From Podarcis bocagei (lineage: Eukaryota), in the NCBI GenBank assembly GCA_964188305.1, contig OZ076893.1: a stretch of 64,000 nucleotides of DNA. The stretch is one strand, 5' to 3'. A program made the translations under genes and the position numbers. The notes below the pieces were generated by a model. The model saw only the letters and a list, made by a program, of their open reading frames with translations, was not told the origin of the DNA and made no database searches. Below, piece by piece: positions 1-10,459 of this stretch (position 1 is its first letter; each line of letters begins with the position of its first letter).

Positions 1-3000
1 TTTAGCCCTATGCTTTCCTCAGATGAATTTCTGACAGATTGTTCTCCCCTGCTGTGGAATCCTTAATCACGTCAACTGAAGCAGCTTGGGGGCAGAACAA
101 GAAGCTTTGCTTTCTGCACTGTTGCACAGTGAGATCTTGTGGTGGGACTTTCCTATAACACACACTATTTAGGATGCCTGAACTGGTGCGCTAGAAGTGA
201 AATGATACCATCCATGTAAGTAAACCTTAAATGAAAATGTTTAATCTCTATCCCGATGGTGAGGGATGGTGAGGGATATTGCCTTTGTTATCTGGTCGAC
301 TGCCGCCTCCTTCCCTTTTCCTTCCCTTATAACTGCCTCTGCTGGTTTCTTTTTTTGGATGTGGCATTTTTTTTCACTTGCATGTTGCTAGTGTAAAAAC
401 TTGACGTAAGCTCCTTTGGCTGCGCTTTAGATTCAGTCTACCCCAGACAGTTGCCCTGAGATAGTGGCCAATACCTGGCAGTGTTGATCAATATCTCAGA
501 GAAGAGCCCAAAACCCCTTTTAGGTTAAAAATAATAATTGGTGACCTGGCCCTGCATCTCATACACTGGACCTCTTTCTGCTGTAGCGTCTCTGGGCAAG
601 TCTTGGAGAGATCTAAAGCAGGGTCCTGTTGTAAAAGCAAGTCTTAAATTTCATGCTTGGTCAGCCTCTAATGGTTAACTTTTTTTTTAAATTAAGGAAA
701 CCGAGGGGAGTCAAAATGTTGGCGTGAAAAGCAGTTACTCCTATAGCCAGCTTGACCAAGTCAGGGGAATATGGCTTTTCATACAATCCTTTGGCTCTGT
801 TATTTTTGCCAGGCATTTTCCCCAGAGGCTGCTTTCCCTCATGGGAGGCGGAGGGAGAGATGGGACCCCAGGCTTCTGTCAAGGGAAAGGTGAATATGGG
901 GAAATCACCAAGGTGGTGATCGGGAGAGGGAGGGAGGCATTTAATTGAGATGAAATACTGTATAACTGTTTTTCATTCTAGCAGGATACAGTGGGAAAGG
1001 CCAAAAAAGAAAGCCTGCCTCTGTGGTGGAGATCCCCCCACAAAAAACGGAAGAAAAAGAGTAAAGCAAGAGCAGGAAGACCAGATTTTACTAGTATTCC
1101 AAGCAGGTGAAGAAACCTTGAAACTGACAAGAAAAAAGCCGGCTCTTGTCCATATAATAGTATTTAAATCAAATAGCACGAAATTAACAAAAAAAACACC
1201 TCATTAGGCTGTTCTGAAAAAAAGTATTTTGTAAAGTTAAATAAAGAAATAAGCCATTTTTAATGGAGGTCTTTATTTAGTAGCTTTCAAAGGCCCAGTG
1301 GATATGAACTTGTAATTAAAGTGAAACAAGTTAAAAGGCTTCAGGCAACGGTTCCAAGACTATCGGGAGAATTCTGTGTTCAGCATGAAAGCTGATACGG
1401 CTGATGGTAGACATCCAGAATATACACAAGTATTGTACCCTGTTGGTTTGTTCCCTGCTTCTCAAAAGGTTTTCTGATTATTTCTCAGTGTCATTTGAGA
1501 TTTGCTTTATCTTTTGTACCATGTTTACCTTTTGATGCTTAAGGTTTTACCATGTACTGTATTCATCTTGGAGGGCACATGTTGAATAAAATCACAACAG
1601 CAATCTCAATTGCTAGAAAGGCAGTAAACGTACCTTGGCACTACAAAGTATTAATAGCATTACACTTTGGATATAAATTTGAAGCCCACCTCGCCGTGGG
1701 ATATTGACAAGCCCCATTCATTTCCACAAATTCAGTTTTATTTTTAATGAGGTCATAGAACAAGAGAGATTCTGGTCTGTAATTAGAGCCAAACTATATT
1801 ATGATAATATTGTCCACAGTTAGTTAAATACTTGCAACTGGTGTCCGTTTGCCAGGATAACTTATCTATAAAGCTACTTGAAGATTCTTTCATACTTGGC
1901 TTTTGACTAATATATGTAGGTACGATATATGTAAAGTGTATCAGCATTCTCTGATCAATGTTGCTGGAAAAAGGGCTGCGCAATTTTTTTTTAGAATATG
2001 CCCCACTTGCTCAAAGCAACTCATGCTGAATATTACAGCATTTTGGGGTGTTGTTTGCTTAATCTCATCCATGCTTGCTAATGTTAATAATATTTCCGTC
2101 ATGTTCATTCTCCCTATTTCTTGCTTCAGTTTAACCATTCTAAAGTGGGAATATAAATGTAGAGTTTAGGATTAGAGTTCTAGAGCTAGAAGAAGCAGAA
2201 TCATAGGTCCATCTTTTTGCTGTTTATGCAAGATTTCCTAGATATCAGCCCTCTTTACATATTACCCAGCTAGTGCTGTGCGCTAACAGAGAACATGAAA
2301 GGCGCTTGCAGAGCAGAAGGCTCCAAATGATTCAAGCCACAGCTATGGGAGAAGGCAACAGTAATAACAAAATAGATAAAATTAATAACTAGTTTGAGCT
2401 GCAGAAAAACTTGCTTAATTTTAATTCTTTTCTGCATCAGTTGAATATGTGCCTCTGCTTCGCCATATAAGTTGAATCACATTATTTTGTAAGCTTGATA
2501 TCTCTTGATGTTAGTGAGGTAACAGTGAAGAAAATAAAGGGCTGGATTTAATTGCCCCTTCTGGTAGTGGAAGCCAGTGCAAGGACTCCCATTAGAGCAA
2601 CATGGCTGCTCCCCCGTGCCTTCCCTAAATCCTATCTGGAGGGTCTGGGGAACCCCCAGAACAGCACATGGCAGGAGGATAGTGTAGCTTGCCCAACAAA
2701 ACACATATAAATGCTTGTGCTGACAGAACATTCTTTTTGGTGCTAGAGTAAATTCCACCCAAAATATTGACTCTTCGCTCATGGACGCTAGCAGGGTTGC
2801 TTTGGACTAAGCTTTGAGAACTGCTATCTTGAATCCGAAAGCAGAGAAGGCTAATAAAAGCCCACAAGCTGCTTAAAAGTACTGCTTAACTTTATTTTGG
2901 AGGAGGTAATTGACCTCTTTCATGGATTTAATAGTATAGTAAATATTTTTCACTTGGGTGGTTTGGAAAGGTGGTTTGTGTTGGGGGAGCAGCCTCTCGG

Positions 3001-3248
3001 ACAGTTTGGTCTGAAGCAGAGTTTCAGAAAAGTGGTTTGAGGATTGTTGCTCAGACATGATCAAGATATTGCTTCTGTGCATGGTGCCCGTGAATGCACC
3101 ATGGACAAGGACAAACAAGTATTGGCTGGATCAATCCTAGGTAGGTATTTGAGTGGCATACACTCTGGAAAGTAACCTAGTGGATACAGGGCCCTGAGGC
3201 TTTTACTGCAAGACTACTAATTGTATTTTTTCTTTACATTTCTTACAG

Positions 3249-3425
3249 GCCAGAATTTCCAAGGCAAGAATTTGTTAGGCCAGAATTTACAAGGCCAGAA
3301 TTTGCAATATTTGTAGGAGAGTTAACTCCCGAGGTGGATGATTTCTTGCTCTATGACTACTTTTTCAAAAGGTATCCATCTTCTGTAGACTGCAAAGTGG
3401 CCACAGATCTGCTTGGATATTCCAG
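3249..3425 (+). CDS. TRNAU1AP-like (C6orf52-lineage) RRM protein, internal exon, start of RRM2
   Basis: TTACAG|G...TCCAG|GTAAC. Translates (R)PEFPRQEFVRPEFTRPEFAIFVGELTPEVDDFLLYDYFFKRYPSSVDCKVATDLLGYS(R), resembling TRNAU1AP PEYSLFVGDLTPDVDD...YPSC (RNP2 IFVGEL). Upstream exons were not identified in the window. Confidence 0.85.
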
Positions 3426-4016
3426 GTAACTTATTAGAGAACAAGAAGCATTGGTGGTAAGAAACAGTATACAACTGAGGAGCTCAAAAGCTTTTTCGTA
3501 GTGAGCTCTGCACATCCAGAAACAAACGTGCAATCTCCAATAAGAAGAGAGAAGATAGACTATTGGTGTTCAGTCTTCTCATGAACCTGGTATCTCAATG
3601 GAAAATTGAGCATGTTTGGGAGGGAAATTCAGAGCTGCAGTGCTTAGTGACCGCTTACACTTACATAGAGAGGTCTGCTGTAGTTTGAGAAACCTGATAG
3701 GATCTAGATTTAATACACCATAGTTCTATATGATCATGTAACAAACGAGAGTAGTTTCTTGAACTATTTATGAAGTTGCATATCTTAAGTGCACATGTTG
3801 CATTTAATAAGGAAAGGAAGATAACATTAATCAAAATCAAGTGTAAGGAGAATGGTAAGGTGTCTCCAGTTTACAGGGGGCAAAGAGAAGTAGTCTGCAG
3901 CTAACATTTTTTGAAATGGAATTTATTTGACTGACCATTGGAAATCTAGGAGTCCACCAATGATGCAGTAACCATTTTTTTGGGTGTCATTTCATGACCA
4001 GTGACTTACATAGATG

Positions 4017-4028
4017 ATGATGATGATG

Positions 4029-4063
<35 letters not shown>

Positions 4064-4150
4064 TAATAATAATAATAAATTTATTATTTATACCCCGCCC
4101 ATCTGGCTGGGCTTCCCCAGCCACTCTGGGCGGCTTCCAAAAAAAGATTA
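4017..4150 (-). mobile_element. Non-LTR retroelement 3' tail (L2-like) with (TAA)n microsatellite
   Basis: (GAT)n(AAT)n followed by TTTATTATTTATACCCCGCCCATCTGGCTGGG..CCCCAGCCACTCTGGGCGGCTT. Near-identical copies at ~14318-14450 and partially at ~34588-34628. Confidence 0.6.
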
Positions 4151-4497
4151 AAATACTTTACTACTAGATAATATTGAACTTAGTAAGCACGAAGATCCCA
4201 TGAAAAAACCTGATTGTTAGAGGCTAAGTAATTTCAGTTTATGCTGGTGTTAGGGTTTGATAAAATTTGAAATAAATAGTATTCTGATTTATTTCGTCAA
4301 ACCCTAACACCCTAACAAATCATTCTGAAAAAGATTCCTGGGGGATATCCCAGAAGTGTGGTGAGAACACCCAGGGAAAGAAATGGTAAACTTGATGAGT
4401 TGCAGCACTAAATTGCTGAATTGAATATTAATAGAATGTTTTCTGTTTCTTTGCAAGTGTCAGAACATGTACTAAAATGTGTATTAAAACTATTTAG

Positions 4498-4617
4498 GGG
4501 TTATGGCTTTGTCCGATTTTCTGAAGAAGGTGATATGATGAGAGCATTGCAAGATTGTCAGAATGCGCCAGGTCTAGGTGGAAAACGAATCCGATTGACT
4601 TTAGGCATTTCTAAAAG
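4498..4617 (+). CDS. TRNAU1AP-like exon, RRM2 RNP1 (RGYGFVRF)
   Basis: TTTAG|G...AAAAG|GTAAC, 120 nt, phase 2-2. GYGFVRFSEEGDMMRALQDCQNAPGLGGKRIRLTLGISK resembles TRNAU1AP GYGFVKFTDE...CQGAVGLGSKPVRLSVAIPK. Confidence 0.9.
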
Positions 4618-4785
4618 GTAACTCGTGAAATTTATTAATCTCTTACAAACACATCATTTGTATATGACTACTCTGGAGCCTAGGGTTATTTTTGTTTTGT
4701 TTTTGCATAATTGTCAACATCTTCGTGCTTTTCTTTCTAATAATCAGCATAATTATTACAACATAAACAGCCAGGCCATGATTCT

Positions 4786-4838
4786 TCATTCTTCTTCTTC
4801 TTCTTCTTCTTCTTCTTCTTCTTCTTCTTCTTCTTCTT
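4786..4838. repeat. (TTC)n microsatellite
   Basis: Perfect TTC trinucleotide run; it explains the poly-S/R/E ORFs here. Confidence 0.95.
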
Positions 4839-5184
4839 GAAGTATTTTCAGGGTTTCCGCTTGCACAATAGGACGTTTCCCCCCTTTTCTCCCTCTGTGT
4901 ACGCCATGCACCTTCCCCAAATCTGTTCCTGTAAGTTGGAGGAACCCCAGTACAAATTGGGGGCATGGGAAATTAGGAGGGGGAGAATGTTCCATTGCGC
5001 TAGGAAAAATCCTTGAACAGATGGAAGAAGAGACCTAGCACTATGATTCGACCCTGTATTCAGGTTAACTTTTTCTAGGGAATGTGGTTTTTGCTAGACT
5101 TTTTGCTAGACTTTCCATGGCATGATTGGTTTTATTTCATGCTTTAGATAACTTGTACTTTTTTTTTTTTGCCTTGTGTTTTAG

Positions 5185-5581
5185 ATTGAAAGCAGAATTT
5201 CAGCGGTACCAGCCCTATAGTTATAATGATTATTATCAAGACTATCAAAACTACTACCGCCAGTATAATTATGAGAGAAATGAACGCTTTGATCGCTACG
5301 AACGCCCTGACCGTTTTGAACGAGGTAACCGTTTTGGGGACCGTTTTCCTGAACGTTACCCTGAACAATTTGGGGACCGGTTTCCTGAACGTTATGCTGA
5401 GCGCTTTGGTTCCCGTTTTGCCGACCGCTACGGTGACTACCCTGAATATGGAGAATATAATGCTGAATATGGAGATTATAACGCTGAATACAATGACTAC
5501 AACTACAGCTATGCATCTTACGAAAGGATGCAACAGAGTGGAAATATGGGACAGCAAGCTATGAATCCAGCTGTATTTCAG
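5185..5581 (+). CDS. TRNAU1AP-like exon, Tyr-rich region with expanded tandem repeats
   Basis: Long polypyrimidine tract + TTAG|A...TTTCAG|GTATCC. LKAEFQRYQPYSYNDYYQDYQNYY resembles the TRNAU1AP Tyr-rich segment YSYNQYYQQYQNYY. In frame with flanking exons. Confidence 0.85.
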
Positions 5582-5686
5582 GTATCCACTTGAGCATACT
5601 TACATGCTTTTTACAAGGTCATTGGTAGAAATAATGGCTATATACCTTAAATATGGCTGTTGGGTGCTTTTTAACATCTGTCTATA

Positions 5687-5938
5687 CAGTGGTACCTCTG
5701 GATGCAAACGAGATCCGTTCCGGAGCCCCGTTCGCATCCTGAGCAGAACGCAACCTATGTCTGCGCATGCGTGGGTTGCAGTTCGCCGCTTCTGCACGTG
5801 CACGTGACGTCATTTTGAGCTTCTGTGCATGCGCAAGTGGTGAAACCCAGAAGTAACCCATTCCGTTACTTCCGGATCGCCACAGAACGCAACCTGAAAA
5901 CACTCAACCTGAAGCATATTTAATCCGAGGTTTGATTG
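5687..5938. mobile_element. Tc1/mariner-type MITE
   Basis: TA|CAGTGGTACCTC...GAGGTTTGATTG|TA: TA target duplication and degenerate TIRs. Confidence 0.75.
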
Positions 5939-6420
5939 TAATTGTAAACTTGTGCTGTTTTAAAACACACACAGTGAGAGGGCTGGCTGAACTAGGTCTA
6001 GGCTTTAAGAACTTTTGTAACCAATTGTATAGAGGTTTACTGTGAAGTACTGTCCAGTTCAGTGAGACTTGGTCCCAAGCCATATAGGATTATAGCTGTA
6101 CTGTATTCATGGATCATGTTTCTGCTTGATTCTTTTCTTTAACTGATTGTCCTTATTTAACATGAGTAATATTCAGACGAGACAAACCCTTGGAGTTTGT
6201 CCACCATTATACTGAAATGCAATAAACTCAAAATATAGCTCAGCTCAGTTGCATTAAATTACTAACTTTATGTGAGTTTAAGGTAAAAAGGAGGGTGGAG
6301 GAAGAAGCTGAGGATCAGGTTACAATGTTTATAGCAATTGTCGTTTAACGCTTCCTTTTTCAAAAATAGCAGATAGATGTTTTTTCTTTAGAGAAATGAT
6401 TCATGTTTTTCCTCCCCCAG

Positions 6421-6463
6421 GAGACCTCTGCTATGGTTATGAATGACGATCTAATAACAGAAG
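6421..6463 (+). CDS. TRNAU1AP-like small exon (ETSAMVMNDDLITE)
   Basis: TTTTTCCTCCCCCAG|GAG...GAAG|GTAATT, 43 nt, phase 0-1. It bridges the reading frame between 5581 and 8410. Confidence 0.75.
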
Positions 6464-6817
6464 GTAATTTTGATATTGTTAGTACAAGCAAGTGGACTTT
6501 GACGCTCATCTTAGTTAGGCAAGATCCAACAATGTGTCAGCAGTTGCAGTGAAATTCTTCTTCCTTATCTCCCTCTGCAGCCCCTGTACCCCAAGTCTGC
6601 TCCAAAGGGTCCCTCAACCCTCAAGCAGATTTCAGGGGTATGCAGGGGTGTGTGGAGGAAGGGTAAGTCTCACTGTAAGTGGAAATAACAATTGGATGTT
6701 GTCCGCCCCCCCTTTTTTTTCATTCTGCAAAATGTACTGCTCTCCAAAGAAAATATCTGAAATGTTGTTTTACAGCAGGGGTGGGAAACTCCTGTAAATC
6801 AAAGTGGTCCTTTAGGC

Positions 6818-7575
6818 CAGGGGTTGGCGAACTACGGTTCAGGGGCCAGATGTGGCCCCCCCGGCTCGTAAATCCAGCCCGCGGACCCTGCCGCCCACCC
6901 GGTCAGTCCTCACGCACTGCAGATGTCTTGCCGTGCGGGGACTGACTTCAGCAACGCTGGCATGGCTTCTGGGCGGGCGGCGACATGGGCATATCTTCAG
7001 ATTGGCTGCAGGAAGTTCCTGCAGCCAATCCGAAGCCTTGCCACCTGCGCACTGAGGTAAACCCGGCGTGGTCATGGACAGAGAGGCCAGCGGGTGGCAG
7101 GTCTGGGCTGCGCCATGGGCATCGTGACGGGCGTGTCATGGGGCTTCAGCTGGAGCTTGGCGCGCCTGCTGGCCCTGCACCTGGTGCCCGCTTGGCGCTG
7201 CTGTTGGTGGGGCACTTGGCAGCTGTGCTGGAGCAGCTGGAGGGCGAGCTGCATGCCGCCTGCCCGGCGCTCCGCATGCGTGGCCTGCCCACCGGCCTGG
7301 CCTCGGACGACGGGCCACAACGTGTGGTGCACACCGCCTGGGAGCCGCACAGGGACAGGCCGATGGAGCGGCTGCTGCTCGTCAACAATGCCGGTGAGCG
7401 GGCAGCACAGAGACGCGCTTCTGAGCGCGTGCAGAGCATGTTCCTCCTCTAAGTCCGGAGGCAGCTGTGGGACCGGCTTGCAGGGTATTTATATTTTTCA
7501 AAATACAGTCCGGCCCCCCACAAAGTTCGAGGGACAGTGGACCGGCCCCCTGATGAAAAAGTTTGCTGACCCCTG
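6818..7575. mobile_element. Non-autonomous hAT transposon carrying a captured gene fragment (Pack-hAT)
   Basis: Perfect 8-bp TSD CTTTAGGC (6810-6817 and 7576-7583). TIRs CAGGGGTTGGCGAACT / AGTTTGCTGACCCCTG match 13 of 16. Both ends are homologous to the MITE at 44496-44745. Confidence 0.9.
7074..7393 (+). pseudogene. SPR: Captured sepiapterin reductase (SPR) exon 1 fragment, frameshifted
   Basis: Two frames join as AGLGCAMGIVTGVSWGFSWSLARLLALHLVP / LALLLVGHLAAVLEQLEGELHAACPALRMRGLPTGLASDDGPQRVV...MERLLLVNNAG|GTGAG. This is collinear with SPR [39 protein letters not shown]...LRQLEAEL...LRVVRVPADL...LQRLLLINNAG, including SDR TGxxxGxG-like and NNAG motifs. Confidence 0.8.
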
Positions 7576-8405
7576 CTTTAGGCCCCTGTCCTTGAGTGTT
7601 TTTTGCCTGGTTGCAATGTGTCCTTGAACTGTGGTGATGTCTCTTGCTTATCTGGACACAGGATGGAGAGATGTGTGATGAGCATGGGAACCTCTGGCTT
7701 TTGCATAGCTGGAAAGTAGTGTACTGCAGTGTCATATTTGTTGCTCCATCGCCATTGTTTGCCTTTTGCCACACTAGCACTATTTAGTCCTAGGGAGGTT
7801 ATCCTTAAGGAAATGCAGCCCTCAGATTGAAACAGATTCCCCACTCCAGCATGATAAACACAATCCTTTGCATTCATGCTTTGAAATAAGTTTAACAGAG
7901 CTTGCTCCAGGTAAGTTTGTATAGCACTGCAGCCAAGCTTTGTTGGAAATTTACTGAATATGAGCATCATAAAAATAAGATTGCATGCAGTGTAGAATTT
8001 TTCTCCAGCAATGTAGCTACTGCAGGATACAAGATAATATGCAAATGTTGCATTCTTTATATAACTTTGTTTAAAAGTATTCTGGTGTACAGGTGGAAGC
8101 CCACTGCTATTTTAAAGATGACCTCTGAATTTTGTTCAGTGTCAAGAAAACCCTGTTTATCCCTTTTATGAGCTAACATAACACAAATTACACAAAAGTC
8201 ATTAATAACTAGAGAATCTGAAAATTAAACTCTTTTAAAATCATTTTATGGATCTTTTGATAAGAATGCATTCTGTACTTTAAGCTGTTCTGTAAAAAAT
8301 GAACAGAAGAAAATGAACAGAGAACACTGTTTTCCAAAGGCCCCCCCTCACTGTATAGTAGCTGTTCTAGTTTATTCCTTGCTCACTGATGTTTTGTTTG
8401 CTTAA

Positions 8406-8546
<141 letters not shown>

Positions 8547-8771
8547 AAGTGTCTTATGTTAACACCATAGCATGACTATTACGACCAAGGTGCTAAATTG
8601 ACATTTCTTCAACATTACTTTGGATCCTAAGTTTTTAAGCACGGTGTTGGATTTTGTTTTGCTATGCTTTGATGGCCTTCGTCATTTTGTTCATCACTCG
8701 GTATCTTGAAATCATGTAAATATTCTGGAAATGTAAAGAGTTAGTCTAAAGATAGACTTGCTTATGTAAAT

Positions 8772-8777
8772 AATAAA
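8772..8777 (+). terminator. Polyadenylation signal of the TRNAU1AP-like gene
   Basis: AATAAA about 225 nt after the stop codon, preceded by TGTA elements. Confidence 0.6.
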
Positions 8778-9466
8778 ACTTTGTTTCTGCAAACATGTCA
8801 GTTGGAACCTGTCATTACCTTACTAAGTATGTGATCTAGTTTCCAAAGTGTAGGGTTGGGGCTTTGTGGGTGTGGTCCTTTTACCTGGCTGGTCAAGACT
8901 GGTGACAGTGCTGAACTAGATGGACCTTAGGTCTTTGATTAATTTTGTTGCTGTTGTGTAGTTTGCATAAGCTTTCCTAATGATGTAAGCAAATGCATTA
9001 TTAATTGAGTAAGAGCAAAGGGCAGTGTAGTCCCATACTGTCTCCGGGGTGGCTGGCCAGATTCTAGGGCAAAATTTACAAACAGGTCCCGAAGGAGATA
9101 ACTGTTGCCCCTTAGTCCACATACTAACCAGAGTTGGGCTGCCTTTTCAACATGAAAATCCCATTGGCTAGTTGATACAGCTTTAAATGAACCTTCGTGA
9201 TTTCACCATTCATTCAAGAGTAAGCAGTTGTGTTTTTGTGGAAGCGAATCTGCCAGTAAAGATCAAAAGCAAGGGGTGAAAAAAATATTCACATTACAGA
9301 CCTATACCCACCTTAGGAGTAAGACTACTTTATTCTTATTGTGAAAATGTGATATTTGAGTGGAGCAGTTTTCCTTGTTCCTCTGCAAAAATACAAAGTG
9401 ACACTGTTCCTGAGGCCATACTGATCAACTTGTTTTGGAGATTGTGCTCATTATACGAAGCACGTT

Positions 9467-9497
<31 letters not shown>

Positions 9498-10459
9498 GTG
9501 CAAATGCCACATATCGAAGCAGGCTGGAATTTATTTTTTCTTTTTAAGTGTTTCAGAGGGATAATGAATACTTTATAATAAGGATTGAGGAAGATGTGGC
9601 CCTGGCCAGAATAGCTGGTGAGTCCAACAGCTGGAGGAACATAGGTTCCCCATTCAAGATCTAATTTATTCTTGGCTTCATACAACTCTTACCACACCTC
9701 CGACTTTTGCGATGTGAGGGAGATGATTGAATTTAATTAACTGGTAGGCATTTATGCTAATAGGTGTCCGGAGTGTTACTTGCCCGTGTGTAATGTTAAA
9801 TGTGTAGTTGACTTAGAAAAATCTGCATTGCTGCATATCCTTAGTTAAGGTGTATAATGAGAGTTCTTTCTGCTCCCATGTTATGGTTGGAACTCTGCTT
9901 ACAGTGGAAATTGACAAGCCATAAACATGCAGAGGATTGGGCTACATACACATTTCAGTGCAGTCCTATGCATCTCATGTTCCCTTATGGTTTTACTTCC
10001 AGCAGCTATCAATAACCAATCCTAACTCGTTAGTTTTGTCACAAGTTTCCCTTAATAGTAAACACAGAGTTCTCTTAATCCTTTTCCAGTGGGACAGCTC
10101 TTCTATGGAGCACAGCTCTGCAGTGACATGGATTTAAAGGACTGAATCTATTCAAAATCATTACTTGAGAACATTTCAGGTACTAAATGGTAAACCAGCC
10201 TCCCTGTTACAAGTTGAAGCTAATTTGTCAAAGCTGAACTCTTTAACAAGATACTAGTTTATTGGATCCAGTTGTCCTATGGAGAGAGAGACTTTCCAAA
10301 TTACCACTGTTAAGTATTTCAGATAGTGGCTGGGTTAAATCAGCCCATAATTTGATAGCTGCAATAGATTCTCCTCTGAATTTTTGCTAACGCAGGAGAA
10401 AAGAGCTTTAGATTGGGTGAGGCAATGTATTTTGGTTTAGATTTCCATGAACATGTAAT

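Noticed and set aside
1-3248. 5' exons (RRM1) of the TRNAU1AP-like gene
   Set aside because: I could not find segments with convincing RRM1 similarity and valid splice sites. They may lie upstream of the window or be too diverged to recognise by eye.
4625-4995. Poly-Ser/Arg/Glu ORFs
   Set aside because: Translations of an intronic (TTC)n microsatellite.
6985-7627. ORFs of 155 aa and 177 aa as an intact standalone gene
   Set aside because: SPR similarity is split across frames, stops at the exon 1 donor, lacks the catalytic C-terminal half, and lies inside transposon ends.
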